A stretch of 64,000 nt of DNA from an uncultured SAR86 cluster bacterium (GCA_902526045.1 CABZJI010000002.1:78503-142502); one strand, 5' to 3'. Positions 49,433 to 59,066 are shown, counted from the first letter of the stretch. Made by a program: numbers and translations. Notes: a model not told the origin generated them from the letters alone.

Positions 49433-50440
49433 GTGTCTATTCAAGCTCAAGGACTTCTTTGCCAATATTTATCTGAGGATATGTCAGGGATTAATCTAGG
49501 ATCTTTAGAATTACCTAAAATTGAAAATGATTTAGTAAAAATAAAAATATCGCATGCCTCATTAAATTTTCCAGATTGGTTGATGTCTCAAGGTAAATAT
49601 CAGAGAAAGCCAGAACTACCCTTTTTTTTAGGCATGGAAGGTTCTGGAACTATTGAATCTGTTGGTCCAAATGTAAAAGATTTTAAAATTAATGATGAGG
49701 TAATGTTTGGAGGTTGGGGTCATGGTGCAATAGCAAATTATATAGTTTTACCAGAATCCAAAATATCTAAGAAACCTAATGCGTTGAATATGGCGGAAGC
49801 AGCTGCATTTGCTACTGTTTACACTACCGCATACGTTTCATTAATTAGGAGAGGGGAGATGAAACCTGATGATGTCGTACTTATCCATGGTTCTTCAGGT
49901 GGCGTTGGCATGGCAGCTGTTCAACTTGCAAAAATGTTTGGCAACACGGTTATTGCAACAGGAACCTCTAAGGAAAAGCTAAAAATTGTTAAATCTTGGG
50001 GTGCAGACTTTATTTTGAATACCTTGAAGGATGGGGTTACTGCTTTCAGAGAGGAAGTTAAAGATTTAACTGATGGTAAAGGTGCGGATGTAATTTATGA
50101 TCCAGTTGGAGGAGATGTTTTTGATGAGTCTATTCGTTGTATAAATTGGAATGGAAGACTTCTAATTGTTGGGTTTACCAGCGGAAGATTACCTAGCCTC
50201 CCAGTTAATATAGCTTTGATAAAAGGTTTTTCAGTAATAGGTGTTAGAGCTGGCGAATACGGTATTCGAGATCCAGAAAAGGGAGCAGAAACAAGAAAAA
50301 TTATCCACGAGCTTGCAGAAACTGGAAACTTAATGCCACACATATGCAAAGAATTCAATCTTACTGATGCAAAAGAAGCTTTGGAATATTTATCCAAAAG
50401 AAAGTTAGTTGGAAAAGTAGTTATCAAAAATAATTTATGA
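49433..50440 (+). CDS. NADPH:quinone oxidoreductase (zeta-crystallin/MDR family)
   Basis: SLNFPD, GKYQ.KPELPF, HGSSGGVG and YDPVGG motifs. Confidence 0.92.
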   Translation: MSIQAQGLLCQYLSEDMSGINLGSLELPKIENDLVKIKISHASLNFPDWLMSQGKYQRKPELPFFLGMEGSGTIESVGPNVKDFKINDEVMFGGWGHGAIANYIVLPESKISKKPNALNMAEAAAFATVYTTAYVSLIRRGEMKPDDVVLIHGSSGGVGMAAVQLAKMFGNTVIATGTSKEKLKIVKSWGADFILNTLKDGVTAFREEVKDLTDGKGADVIYDPVGGDVFDESIRCINWNGRLLIVGFTSGRLPSLPVNIALIKGFSVIGVRAGEYGIRDPEKGAETRKIIHELAETGNLMPHICKEFNLTDAKEALEYLSKRKLVGKVVIKNNL

Positions 50441-51720
50441 AATATCTATCAGCTAAACTGTATGAGAATAAATCATATGGTTACTTCGTCTTAGGAGTTT
50501 TAACTACAGTATATAGTTTTAACTTCATAGATAGACAACTTCTAGTTATTCTTCAAGAATCAATTAAAGCTGAAATGGGCTTATCCGACACTCAGCTTGG
50601 ACTTTTATCTGGTTTTTCTTTTGCAATATTTTATGTTTCCTTTGGTATTCCTTTGGCAAAATTGGCCGATAGTTGGATAAGGAGAGATGTCATAGTAATT
50701 TCATTAACTATTTGGAGCTCAATGACTGCTGTCAGCGGGTTCGCTCAAAATTTCATACATTTATTATTGGCAAGAATTGGTGTTGCAATTGGAGAGGCAG
50801 GAGGTAGTCCTCCAGCGCATGCCATGGTTTCTGATATTTTTAATCAACAGCAAAGAGCAACCGCTTTAGCAATATATTCAACTGGAATAAATATTGGAAT
50901 CCTATTTGGCTTTCTACTGGGTGGGTGGATAAATGAATTCTATGGATGGCGGACGGCATTCTTAGTTGTTGGACTTCCTGGAATTGCTTTGGCTATTTTT
51001 TTAAAATTAGCTGTAGCAGAACCTACAAGAGGTATGGCAGAAGAAAAAGTTGATGAAGGTAGTGCTCCAAAACTTAAAGAAACGCTGAAGATCTTGTGGT
51101 CTAGAAAATCATTCCGACACCTATCAATAGCCTGCGGTATTCACGCCTTTGTCTCCTACGGAGCTGGAAATTTTATACCTTCATTATTTTTACGACTACA
51201 TGATATTGAAACTGGTGAGCTAGGAACCTGGCTAGCACTAAGCTCAGTTGCTGGTGGGATAGGAACTTTTATGGGAGGGTATCTTTCTGATCGATTAGGA
51301 AAGCAAGATCCCAGATGGTACCAATGGGTGCCTGCAATAACTACTCTCATCTATCTACCTTTTACTTTATTTATATATTTAACTGATCAAACCTATCTTG
51401 CTTTATTGACAACGTTTATAACAGGCATGCTATTCAATGCTTATTTAGCACCAAATTTAGCAATAACTCACTCCTTGGTCGGTTTAAGAATGAGAGCAAT
51501 GTCTTCAGCCATACTATTTTTTATTCTGAATTTCATTGGATTAGGGTTTGGCCCTATGGTTATAGGTTTTGTTAGCGATACGATCAATCCAACTTATGGA
51601 ATAGAGTCAATCCGGTATTCGTTACTTATTGTTATACCTATCTCAACAATATGGTCTGCCACACATTACTTTATTGCCGCTAGACATATCAGATCAGATT
51701 TAGAGTTAGCTCCAAAATAA
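50437..51720 (+). CDS. MFS transporter, spinster-like
   Basis: FNFIDRQ, LSDTQLGLL, ARIGVAIGEAG and GWRTAF motifs. Confidence 0.9.
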   Translation: MKYLSAKLYENKSYGYFVLGVLTTVYSFNFIDRQLLVILQESIKAEMGLSDTQLGLLSGFSFAIFYVSFGIPLAKLADSWIRRDVIVISLTIWSSMTAVSGFAQNFIHLLLARIGVAIGEAGGSPPAHAMVSDIFNQQQRATALAIYSTGINIGILFGFLLGGWINEFYGWRTAFLVVGLPGIALAIFLKLAVAEPTRGMAEEKVDEGSAPKLKETLKILWSRKSFRHLSIACGIHAFVSYGAGNFIPSLFLRLHDIETGELGTWLALSSVAGGIGTFMGGYLSDRLGKQDPRWYQWVPAITTLIYLPFTLFIYLTDQTYLALLTTFITGMLFNAYLAPNLAITHSLVGLRMRAMSSAILFFILNFIGLGFGPMVIGFVSDTINPTYGIESIRYSLLIVIPISTIWSATHYFIAARHIRSDLELAPK

Positions 51721-51721
51721 A

Positions 51722-52504
51722 ATGTCTAAAAAGATATTAGTATTCCTTTCCATAGCTCTTTTTCTGTATTTGGTTGATTGGCTTTTAAACAATGATGAAA
51801 GGATGATTAACGTCAGCGATAACGAAATCGATTTTTTGATATCAACTTGGAATGATCAAATGCAAAGACCCCCGAATCAGGAGGAATTAAAAATCATTAT
51901 TGATAACTACATACAAAACGAGGTTTTATACCGAGAAGCTTTGACTCTTAATTTGGATAGAGGAGATATTATTGTTAAAAGAAGACTAGTCCAAAAATTA
52001 GGTTTTTTAAAACAAGAAGAAGGAGTGATAATTCCAAACGATAGAGAGTTGAAAATATTTTTTGATGAAAATAGAGATGATTTTAGAATTCCTAAAAGAT
52101 TAAGTTTTGACCATACCTTCTTTTCAAAGGAATCGCGGTCGTTTGAGGAAGTAAAACAATATCTGATAAATAAAAACATAAAGGGCGATCCTTTTCTTTT
52201 GGGTAGAAATTTTTCAGATAAAACAATTAGACAAATACAGAGAGATTTCGGAGAAAAATTTGCTACCGTATTGGATAATTTACTAATGCTTGAAAGCAAT
52301 TTAATAATTGAATCTATCTATGGATGGCACATAGTGAATGTTTCAAATATTGAAAATTCTTACTTACCAAAATTTATTTCAATAAAGGATAAGCTTTTAG
52401 ACAGCTATTTATTAATTAAAAAGGATGAAATTTTAAAGGAATACACAGAGGAATTAATAAAATCTTACGATGTGTCTTTAAGTAAAAAATATACTTTTGA
52501 TTAA
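51722..52504 (+). CDS. PpiC-type peptidyl-prolyl isomerase-like protein (degenerate rotamase)
   Basis: RPP..EEL...I..EVLYREA..L.LDRGD.IVKRRL.QK, FGEKFA and ESIYGWHIV motifs. Confidence 0.82.
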   Translation: MSKKILVFLSIALFLYLVDWLLNNDERMINVSDNEIDFLISTWNDQMQRPPNQEELKIIIDNYIQNEVLYREALTLNLDRGDIIVKRRLVQKLGFLKQEEGVIIPNDRELKIFFDENRDDFRIPKRLSFDHTFFSKESRSFEEVKQYLINKNIKGDPFLLGRNFSDKTIRQIQRDFGEKFATVLDNLLMLESNLIIESIYGWHIVNVSNIENSYLPKFISIKDKLLDSYLLIKKDEILKEYTEELIKSYDVSLSKKYTFD

Positions 52505-53453
52505 ATTTATTCTTTACCATTTTTTATTTGCAGTTGTGAGCTTTGAGACCAGCTCTCATGAATTCACTCCCGCCCAACTAGAAATTACCCAGATATCTGA
52601 ATCTGACTATTTAGTAAACTGGAAATTTCCATTAAATCAACCTTCTAAATCAGAGATTAAGTTTCCTGAATTTTGTTCATCAGAAGATGATTTATTTCCA
52701 AAGAGAAGCGGTAAATATCTATTAGAAATAATTGAGTTAAATTGCTCAAAATCGCTCAAAGGATCAATTTTAAATGTCACCAATATGTCATTCATGACTG
52801 ACGTAATGGTAACTATTAGATTTTTTAATGACGAAGTCTTTCAAAACTATATTACTTCAGAAAATACAGATTTACTCATTCCTGACGAAGTTATTTACTC
52901 TAATTTTTCTTATTTATTCATGGGATTTGAACATCTTCTTGGAGGATATGATCATATATTATTTGTATTTGGCTTAGTTTTTCTTATCAGTGGTTGGTTT
53001 AACTTAATAAAGACAATCACATCATTTACGGTGGCACATAGTATTACTTTGGCTTTGTCATCACTAGATTTTGTAAGACTTCCTCAAACAGCAACCGAAG
53101 CTGTGATTGCATTAACAATAATATATTTAGCCTATGAAATTTTAGTTAAAAATGATTTAAGAAAAATTCCGTGGCATATTCCTTTTGGATTTGGTTTGAT
53201 CCATGGATTTGGATTTGCTGGGGCTTTAATGGAAATTGGATTTTCAGGGCAAAATCTTTTCCATACATTGTTGCTGTTTAATGTTGGTATTGAATTGGCT
53301 CAACTAAGTTTATTGCCGATAATTTTTCTATTAATTTTTCTTTTTACAAAAATTAACTTAAGAAATGAATTTAAATTAGTTTCTGCATTTTTAATTGGCG
53401 GTGTAAGTACCTTTTGGTTTTTTGAAAGAACATTTAATTTATTTATCGCATAA
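52497..53453 (+). CDS. HupE/UreJ family protein with N-terminal periplasmic domain
   Basis: SHE after the signal peptide, GFEHLLGGYDHILF, FTVAHSITL, FGLIHGFGFA and FNVGIELAQ motifs. Confidence 0.9.
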   Translation: MIKFILYHFLFAVVSFETSSHEFTPAQLEITQISESDYLVNWKFPLNQPSKSEIKFPEFCSSEDDLFPKRSGKYLLEIIELNCSKSLKGSILNVTNMSFMTDVMVTIRFFNDEVFQNYITSENTDLLIPDEVIYSNFSYLFMGFEHLLGGYDHILFVFGLVFLISGWFNLIKTITSFTVAHSITLALSSLDFVRLPQTATEAVIALTIIYLAYEILVKNDLRKIPWHIPFGFGLIHGFGFAGALMEIGFSGQNLFHTLLLFNVGIELAQLSLLPIIFLLIFLFTKINLRNEFKLVSAFLIGGVSTFWFFERTFNLFIA

Positions 53454-53479
53454 AAAAGGAGATTCAAAAATCTCCTTTT
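53454..53479. terminator. Bidirectional Rho-independent terminator
   Basis: aaaaggagatt-caaa-aatctcctttt hairpin between convergent genes. Confidence 0.8.
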
Positions 53480-53496
53480 CTAATAAAATTATCTTT

Positions 53497-54105
53497 TCAA
53501 TTTAAAGGGCTGGAATCTGGTTGAAAATCATAATAACCATCTACAGGGATCATGAGATGAGCATAAGGAGTTCCTTTAAACATTTGATAGGGCGCACCAG
53601 TTGTAAAATCTGTAGGGAAATTTTCAATGGTTTTTGTATCTTTCGGCATCAACATAAGATGAGCGCCAGACTCAATAAAGTGACCCATCATTTTAGCCTC
53701 ATCGTGATCGCCCCCATAGAAACTTGAATTCATATTATCTTCACCCATATCACCATTTAGCATCCAAATATAGGCATCTCTTTCCATGTTGGGTTTGCCA
53801 CCAGTCATGTAAGCTTCAGCCCATTTAAAACCTTCTTCATCGGCACAAAGGGTATTTCCATGTTGAGGTGTTTCGAATCCTCCTTCTGGCATTTCTAATG
53901 TGGCAGTACAGGTCCATCCATTTGATCCTTCTCTTATCACTTTACCGTCACCTCCAACAACTGTCGCAAATTCTCCGATAAAATCAGGCGCAGCTTTACT
54001 GTAAGCCCAAATTTGCCACTCTTCAGAATCATGGGCTACATTAGGTTCATCAGAAGTTGAACAAGAAATTAGGATTAAAAAAAGTACGCTAAACAAGTAT
54101 TTCAT
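53497..54105 (-). CDS. Uncharacterised lipoprotein (GSNGWTC / WMLxGD / AHLMIP family), copy 2
   Basis: Lipobox LISC, AAGGAG RBS; clear paralog of 54121-54732. Confidence 0.85.
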   Translation of the reverse strand: MKYLFSVLFLILISCSTSDEPNVAHDSEEWQIWAYSKAAPDFIGEFATVVGGDGKVIREGSNGWTCTATLEMPEGGFETPQHGNTLCADEEGFKWAEAYMTGGKPNMERDAYIWMLNGDMGEDNMNSSFYGGDHDEAKMMGHFIESGAHLMLMPKDTKTIENFPTDFTTGAPYQMFKGTPYAHLMIPVDGYYDFQPDSSPLN

Positions 54106-54120
54106 AATTACTCCTTTTAT

Positions 54121-54732
54121 TTAATTTGAAGGAGAGGATTCAGGCTGATATTTGTAGTAATCACCAACAGGAATCATTAAATGTGCCCATTTTGAGTCGG
54201 GAAACATAACATAGGGTTCTCCTCTGGTGAAATCAGCTGTGAAGTTCTTTAAAGTTTCAGGATCCTTTGGTACAACCATGAAGTGAGGACCAGACTCAAT
54301 AAACTGTCCTGGAGTTGAATCATTTTTTGAAAGAACTCCTGGAACTAAGTTATCTTCACCAACATCACCGTGAAGCATCCACATATAACCGTCTCTATCC
54401 ATATCAGGTTCGCTATTACTCATGAAGGCTGCCATCCATTTCATTGCCTCAGTATCAGAACAAGTAGGCATTGCCTGATGTGGATTATCCCATCCATTAG
54501 CAGGAAAAGGTCTGGGGTTACCGGACATACAAGTCCAACCATTTGAACCTTCTCTCAAAACTGAGCCATCACCACCCATCACAGTTGCGTAGTCTCCAAT
54601 ATAACTCGGAGCAGCAGTCGAATAAGCCCATACTTGCCACTCTGCAGAATTGTGGGGAGCGCTTGGTTCATCACTTACAGACTCTGAACAAGAGAACATA
54701 AAAACAAAAAACGCAAAAGCTATATATTTCAT
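54121..54732 (-). CDS. Uncharacterised lipoprotein (GSNGWTC / WMLxGD / AHLMIP family), copy 1
   Basis: Lipobox MFSC; shares HxSxEWQxWAYSxAAP, REGSNGWTC, FIESGxH and AHLMIPV with its neighbour. Confidence 0.85.
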   Translation of the reverse strand: MKYIAFAFFVFMFSCSESVSDEPSAPHNSAEWQVWAYSTAAPSYIGDYATVMGGDGSVLREGSNGWTCMSGNPRPFPANGWDNPHQAMPTCSDTEAMKWMAAFMSNSEPDMDRDGYMWMLHGDVGEDNLVPGVLSKNDSTPGQFIESGPHFMVVPKDPETLKNFTADFTRGEPYVMFPDSKWAHLMIPVGDYYKYQPESSPSN

Positions 54733-54832
54733 AATTTTCCTTCTTTTTATTTATATTTAAACCTTTTTTTTCGGTATTGAGAAGTTGAATTATAGTTTTT
54801 ATCAGAAAGTATAAAATCAAATTTCATAAAAA

Positions 54833-54866
54833 GCGGGCATCATATAATGACTATTAATTCAGCCTT
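54833..54866 (+). repeat. Degenerate copy of the 5' half of tRNA-Gly(TCC) (att-like direct repeat)
   Basis: gcgggcatcatataatgactattaattcagcctt versus tRNA 56139-56172 gcgggcatggtataatggctattacttcagcctt: 30/34 identical; the match stops in the anticodon loop. Confidence 0.9.
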
Positions 54867-54943
54867 AAAAGTTAAATCAATCCCCTGAAACCTCATAAAT
54901 AAGCATTCTTTTTCTGTCTGCTTGCTGTCTAATTAATACCTAT

Positions 54944-54972
54944 TTGAGAAATGATTGATGATTTATTATTAT
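54944..54972 (+). promoter_or_regulatory. Sigma70-type promoter for a leaderless transcript
   Basis: TTGAGA-17 nt-TATTAT-6 nt-ATG (54979). Confidence 0.65.
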
Positions 54973-54978
54973 CATCTG

Positions 54979-55191
54979 ATGAAAAAAATAATTTCATTCA
55001 CTTTTGTTACTTTTCTCGTTTCATGCGGCGGTAGCTCAAGTTCATCTGAACCTATCCAACAAAACAACATAGAAACCAATACACAGACCAATACTCAAAC
55101 TAATACACAAACTGAAACTGAAACTGAAACCGAAGAAGTGATAAAAGCTAATTTTGGTGAGGTTAAATTCGGTGAAGCTAAATTTGAATAG
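54979..55191 (+). CDS. Small lipoprotein with Thr-rich linker and C-terminal FGExK repeats
   Basis: MKKIISFTFVTFLVSC-GGSSSS lipobox, (TNTQ)3(TE)4 linker, ends ANFGEVKFGEAKFE. Confidence 0.8.
   Translation: MKKIISFTFVTFLVSCGGSSSSSEPIQQNNIETNTQTNTQTNTQTETETETEEVIKANFGEVKFGEAKFE
55075..55134 (+). repeat. Coding tandem repeats (12-nt x3, then 6-nt actgaa x4)
   Basis: accaatacacag/accaatactcaa/actaatacacaa followed by actgaa actgaa actgaa accgaa. Confidence 0.85.
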
Positions 55192-55200
55192 GAGATAACT

Positions 55201-56073
55201 ATGAGATTACTAACTATATTTTGTTTACTTTTTTCCTTTGGATTAACGGCAAAGGACTATAAATCGTTACAACGTTTAAACGAAGGTGATGTTATTTCTG
55301 CTGAAGTCTTTAACGACATGATGGATAGGATTGAATTAACTTTAAAAAATATAACTGAGAAAGACTTGATGGGAACTTGGGATTTGGTTCAAACTGTTTG
55401 TATCAGCGGCGTTCCTGGAAATTGTTCTCAGGGAAGTACACTAACAGGAAGACTTGACCCAATTGATGGTCTTTATTCTCAAAGATTAGATACGATAAAT
55501 TTCACTGATGATGGAGATGGAACATATTCTTTCCAACAAACTAACTATTGTTCTTTAACTAGAGGCGGGGATGTAAATGCTCCTTGCAACAAAAACTTTG
55601 CAATTGTCGACGGAAGAATAATCTTTCCTTCAGAAGGAAATTTAAGTGCTGCATACAATATGAAAAAAATTAGTAACAGTAGAATATTAATTTCAGAATA
55701 CTTTAATGGTTCTGCATCTTTTAATATTATTCGTCTAGATAAAAAAAATCTTCCACCCGAGCCACCTGCAAACTTATCTGTAACAAATTCTTCAGGAACC
55801 ATATCGCTTTCGTGGGATGCAGTGGACGTTGAAGAGACTGTTCTTGTTGATGGGACAACTTTTGTATCACAATCTGAAGGTGCCGCTAGTTCATATAAGA
55901 TTCAGTCTAAAGATGCAGCCCTTGGCACGTATACTGAGTTAGCAGCAGCTACATCGAATTCCTACACTGATACTATTCCGTCTGGCACCACTCGTTGGTA
56001 TCGTGTTTATGCTGTTAACGAATACGGAACCAGCAAAGGTTCTAATGTCGTGAGCATTAGTTATTCAGAATAG
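55201..56073 (+). CDS. Secreted protein with C-terminal fibronectin type III domain
   Basis: AGGAG RBS, signal peptide, N-terminal GDVISAEVFNDMMDRIE, central LMGTWDL; FN3 pattern PPANLSVT...LSWDAV...YTDT...YRVYAVNEYG. Confidence 0.82.
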   Translation: MRLLTIFCLLFSFGLTAKDYKSLQRLNEGDVISAEVFNDMMDRIELTLKNITEKDLMGTWDLVQTVCISGVPGNCSQGSTLTGRLDPIDGLYSQRLDTINFTDDGDGTYSFQQTNYCSLTRGGDVNAPCNKNFAIVDGRIIFPSEGNLSAAYNMKKISNSRILISEYFNGSASFNIIRLDKKNLPPEPPANLSVTNSSGTISLSWDAVDVEETVLVDGTTFVSQSEGAASSYKIQSKDAALGTYTELAAATSNSYTDTIPSGTTRWYRVYAVNEYGTSKGSNVVSISYSE

Positions 56074-56138
56074 AATAATTATGTTTTAATGGCGTCAAAT
56101 TTATATTTGGCTTAAAGTCTATATAAAAATCAATAGTT

Positions 56139-56213
<75 letters not shown>

Positions 56214-56222
56214 CGAAATAAT

Positions 56223-57359
56223 ATGACTATCCAAAATAAAATAACAGAGAAAATAGAGCAAGAAAAAATACCTTTTGCTTCCTTTGCGGTTACTAATGAA
56301 CACGAAACAGTGCTACTTGAGCACTACGGAAGTCAACTCGAAGGAGAAGATAAACCACCTTCTAACAGCACAATTTACAGACTGGCTTCAATGACAAAAC
56401 CGATTGTTACTTTTGCAGCTCTTAAATGCGTTGAACTCGGGCTAATAGACTTAGATAAACCAGTTCATAATTTTCATTCTGATCTAAAGGATCTCGATGT
56501 TGGGAAGCTTCAAGATGGAAAAGTAATCTATGAAAAAGCGAATAAGGACATCACTCTTCATCATTTGCTAGCTCATACATCTGGATTTGCATATGATTTT
56601 CACGATCCTTTGCTTGCGCATCTTGCTCTGGAGGAGAAGATTGCTCCTCTTACAGATAAAGAAGGCAACTTCATTAATGTTCCTTTGTCATACCAACCTG
56701 ATACTAGATGGGAATATGGCGTTGGTCTTGATTGGGTTGGAGTAATTTTAGAAAAATTATTGAATAAAAACCTAGAAGAAATTTGTAGAGAATTTATCTT
56801 TGATCCACTTGGAATGAACGATACATCTTTCGATCCTGATTTTTTAGGGAAAGACAGATTGGCAGAGATGCATCTTATGGATAATGGAAACTTTATTCAT
56901 TCAACTGGACTTTTTGATGACTCTGTTCAGTCATTTTTTAGTGGCGGCGGTGGAATTCTTTCTAATCCATCTGATTATTGTAAATTTATGAGAATTTTTC
57001 TTTCAGATACAAATCCACTTTTATCTGATTCACTAATCTCTCTGATGACCACAAATCAAATCGGCGATTTAAATTATTCTTATCAACCCACGTTTAATCC
57101 TGTCTTGATTCATGGAAACGAATGGTTTCCGGAGATAAAGAAAAAATGGGGATACGGCTTTTTGATTAACGAAGAGGACATACCTAATAGAAGAAAAAAG
57201 GGATCTTTATCATGGTCAGGTATTTTCAATACTTATTTTTGGATTGATCCACAATCAAAAATTGCCGGTACCGTAATGATGCAATTGTCACCGCATTACG
57301 ACGAAAAATGTAAAGGTTTGCTAGAAGTAATGGAAAAAGCTGTTTATGAAGAGATTTGA
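56223..57359 (+). CDS. Serine hydrolase, beta-lactamase (EstB/LovD-like) family
   Basis: SxxK (ASMTKP), LLAHTSG, WEYG, PLGMNDT and WSGIFNTYFWIDP motifs. Start moved to MTIQ because the track start lies inside tRNA-Gly. Confidence 0.9.
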   Translation: MTIQNKITEKIEQEKIPFASFAVTNEHETVLLEHYGSQLEGEDKPPSNSTIYRLASMTKPIVTFAALKCVELGLIDLDKPVHNFHSDLKDLDVGKLQDGKVIYEKANKDITLHHLLAHTSGFAYDFHDPLLAHLALEEKIAPLTDKEGNFINVPLSYQPDTRWEYGVGLDWVGVILEKLLNKNLEEICREFIFDPLGMNDTSFDPDFLGKDRLAEMHLMDNGNFIHSTGLFDDSVQSFFSGGGGILSNPSDYCKFMRIFLSDTNPLLSDSLISLMTTNQIGDLNYSYQPTFNPVLIHGNEWFPEIKKKWGYGFLINEEDIPNRRKKGSLSWSGIFNTYFWIDPQSKIAGTVMMQLSPHYDEKCKGLLEVMEKAVYEEI

Positions 57360-58016
57360 TTATTCTTTGAATAACTGATCAGCAACATATGGATTAGTTT
57401 TTTTTTCTTGACCAAAGGTAGATAAAGGACCATGCCCTGGAACAAAAGTAGTATCGTCATCTAACTTCCAAAGTTTATTTCTAATAGAGTCTATTAAGCT
57501 CTTAGTATTGCCTCTTGGTAGATCGGTTCTTCCGATAGAACCTTGAAACAATACATCACCGACGATAGCAATTTTTGCATCAGCTTGATGAAATACAACG
57601 TGGCCAGGAGTGTGACCTGGGCAGTGATATACATCAAAAGAAATTCCATCTAATTCAATCTTGTCCCCGTCTTTTAACCACCTATCAGGCAGAAAATTTT
57701 TTGTTCCAGGCACACCATACATTTTGCCTTGATCTTCTAAACCCATAATTAGAAATTCATCATCGGGATGAGGACCTTCTATTTTTACATCGTGTTCCTG
57801 AGATAAATTAAAAGCGCCGCCTGCATGGTCTAAATGCCCATGAGTAAGAAAGATTTTTACTAAATTCAATTTATTTTTTGATAAAAAATCATTTATTTTA
57901 TCCAAATCACCACCTGGATCTGTGACTGCTGCATTTTTAGTATTTACATTCCAAATAACACAACTATTTTGCATCAGAGGAGTGACAGGGATAATTGCTA
58001 CTTTTAGGTTTTCCAT
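57360..58016 (-). CDS. MBL-fold hydrolase, YcbL/GloC-like
   Basis: LTHGHLDHAG, CPGHTPGH, GDVLFQGSIGRTD and PGHGP motifs. Confidence 0.92.
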   Translation of the reverse strand: MENLKVAIIPVTPLMQNSCVIWNVNTKNAAVTDPGGDLDKINDFLSKNKLNLVKIFLTHGHLDHAGGAFNLSQEHDVKIEGPHPDDEFLIMGLEDQGKMYGVPGTKNFLPDRWLKDGDKIELDGISFDVYHCPGHTPGHVVFHQADAKIAIVGDVLFQGSIGRTDLPRGNTKSLIDSIRNKLWKLDDDTTFVPGHGPLSTFGQEKKTNPYVADQLFKE

Positions 58017-58031
58017 GATCTAATTATACAT

Positions 58032-59064
58032 ATGGAATATGAACTTCTTAATGGGAATGGATTAAAAATTGGTGCAGCAATTGAAGGTGAGGGTCCTTTA
58101 ATTGTTTTAGTTCACGGATGGCCTGAAAGTTGGTACAGCTGGAGAGATCAAATTCCTTTTCTAGCATCACTGGGATATAAAGTTGCCGCAATCGATGTTA
58201 GAGGATATGGCCAATCTGATAAGCCTTATGAAATTGCTGAATATTCGATGAAAAATTTAACTTCTGATGTTATTTCAGTAATAGAAGATCTTGGATACTC
58301 TGATGCAATACTCTTTGGTCATGACTGGGGAGCGCCCATAGTCTGGAATACCGCGGCTCTTTACCCTGATAAAATTTCTGCTGTCGGTGCATTATCAGTT
58401 CCTTATACAGGTAGAGGGCCAATGTCCTCTATAGATTTATGGAAAATGTTGTATAAAGGAAAATTTTTCTATCAACTATATTTTCAGGAAGAAGGCGTTG
58501 CTGAAGAAGAATTTGAAAAGGATTTAAAAAATGCTTTAGAACTTACATATTTCTCCAGCGACGGAAGAGGAATGTCCTTTTTAGCTGAAAATGCTGATAA
58601 TCCTAAATATCAAAAAAAACGTCAATTCAAAATTTTTGGACTGTCTTCCTATATTTAATGATTACCCAGAGTGGATCAACAAGGAAGAATTAATGTTCTT
58701 TGTAAAAGAATTTGAAAACTCTGGAATGAGAGGCCCTCTTAATAGATATCGCGCTCAAACTATCGATTTTGAAGAATTAGTTGAGTTAGAAACTGCAAAA
58801 ATATCTCAACCTTCTTGTTTTATTTCTGGAACTTTAGACCCTGTTGCATTTTTTTTAAAAAATTCAATTCAAGATGGAGCAGGGAAAGGAGCATTTCATG
58901 GTCCAACCGCCGAATCTATGGCTAAAGAAATGATTGAGAAGAGAAGTGACTTATATGAAGATCTTCGGATCGTTAAATTCATCGATGGTGTGGGTCATTG
59001 GACTCAACAAGAAGCACCTGAAACAGTGAATGAAAACTTCGAAAAATTTTTGAAGGGTTTATAA
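58032..59064 (+). pseudogene. Epoxide hydrolase (alpha/beta hydrolase) split by a +1 frameshift at an A8 run
   Basis: ORF1 has HGWPESWYSW and GHDWGA; ORF2 has GPLNRYR, GTLD and GHWTQQEAP. Removing one A from 58612-58619 fuses them (YQKNVNSKFLD). Confidence 0.85.
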
Positions 59065-59066
59065 GC

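Noticed and set aside
58611-58620. Programmed -1 ribosomal frameshift at the A-rich slippery run
   Set aside because: Joining the two halves needs a +1 shift, not -1, and I saw no stimulatory structure.
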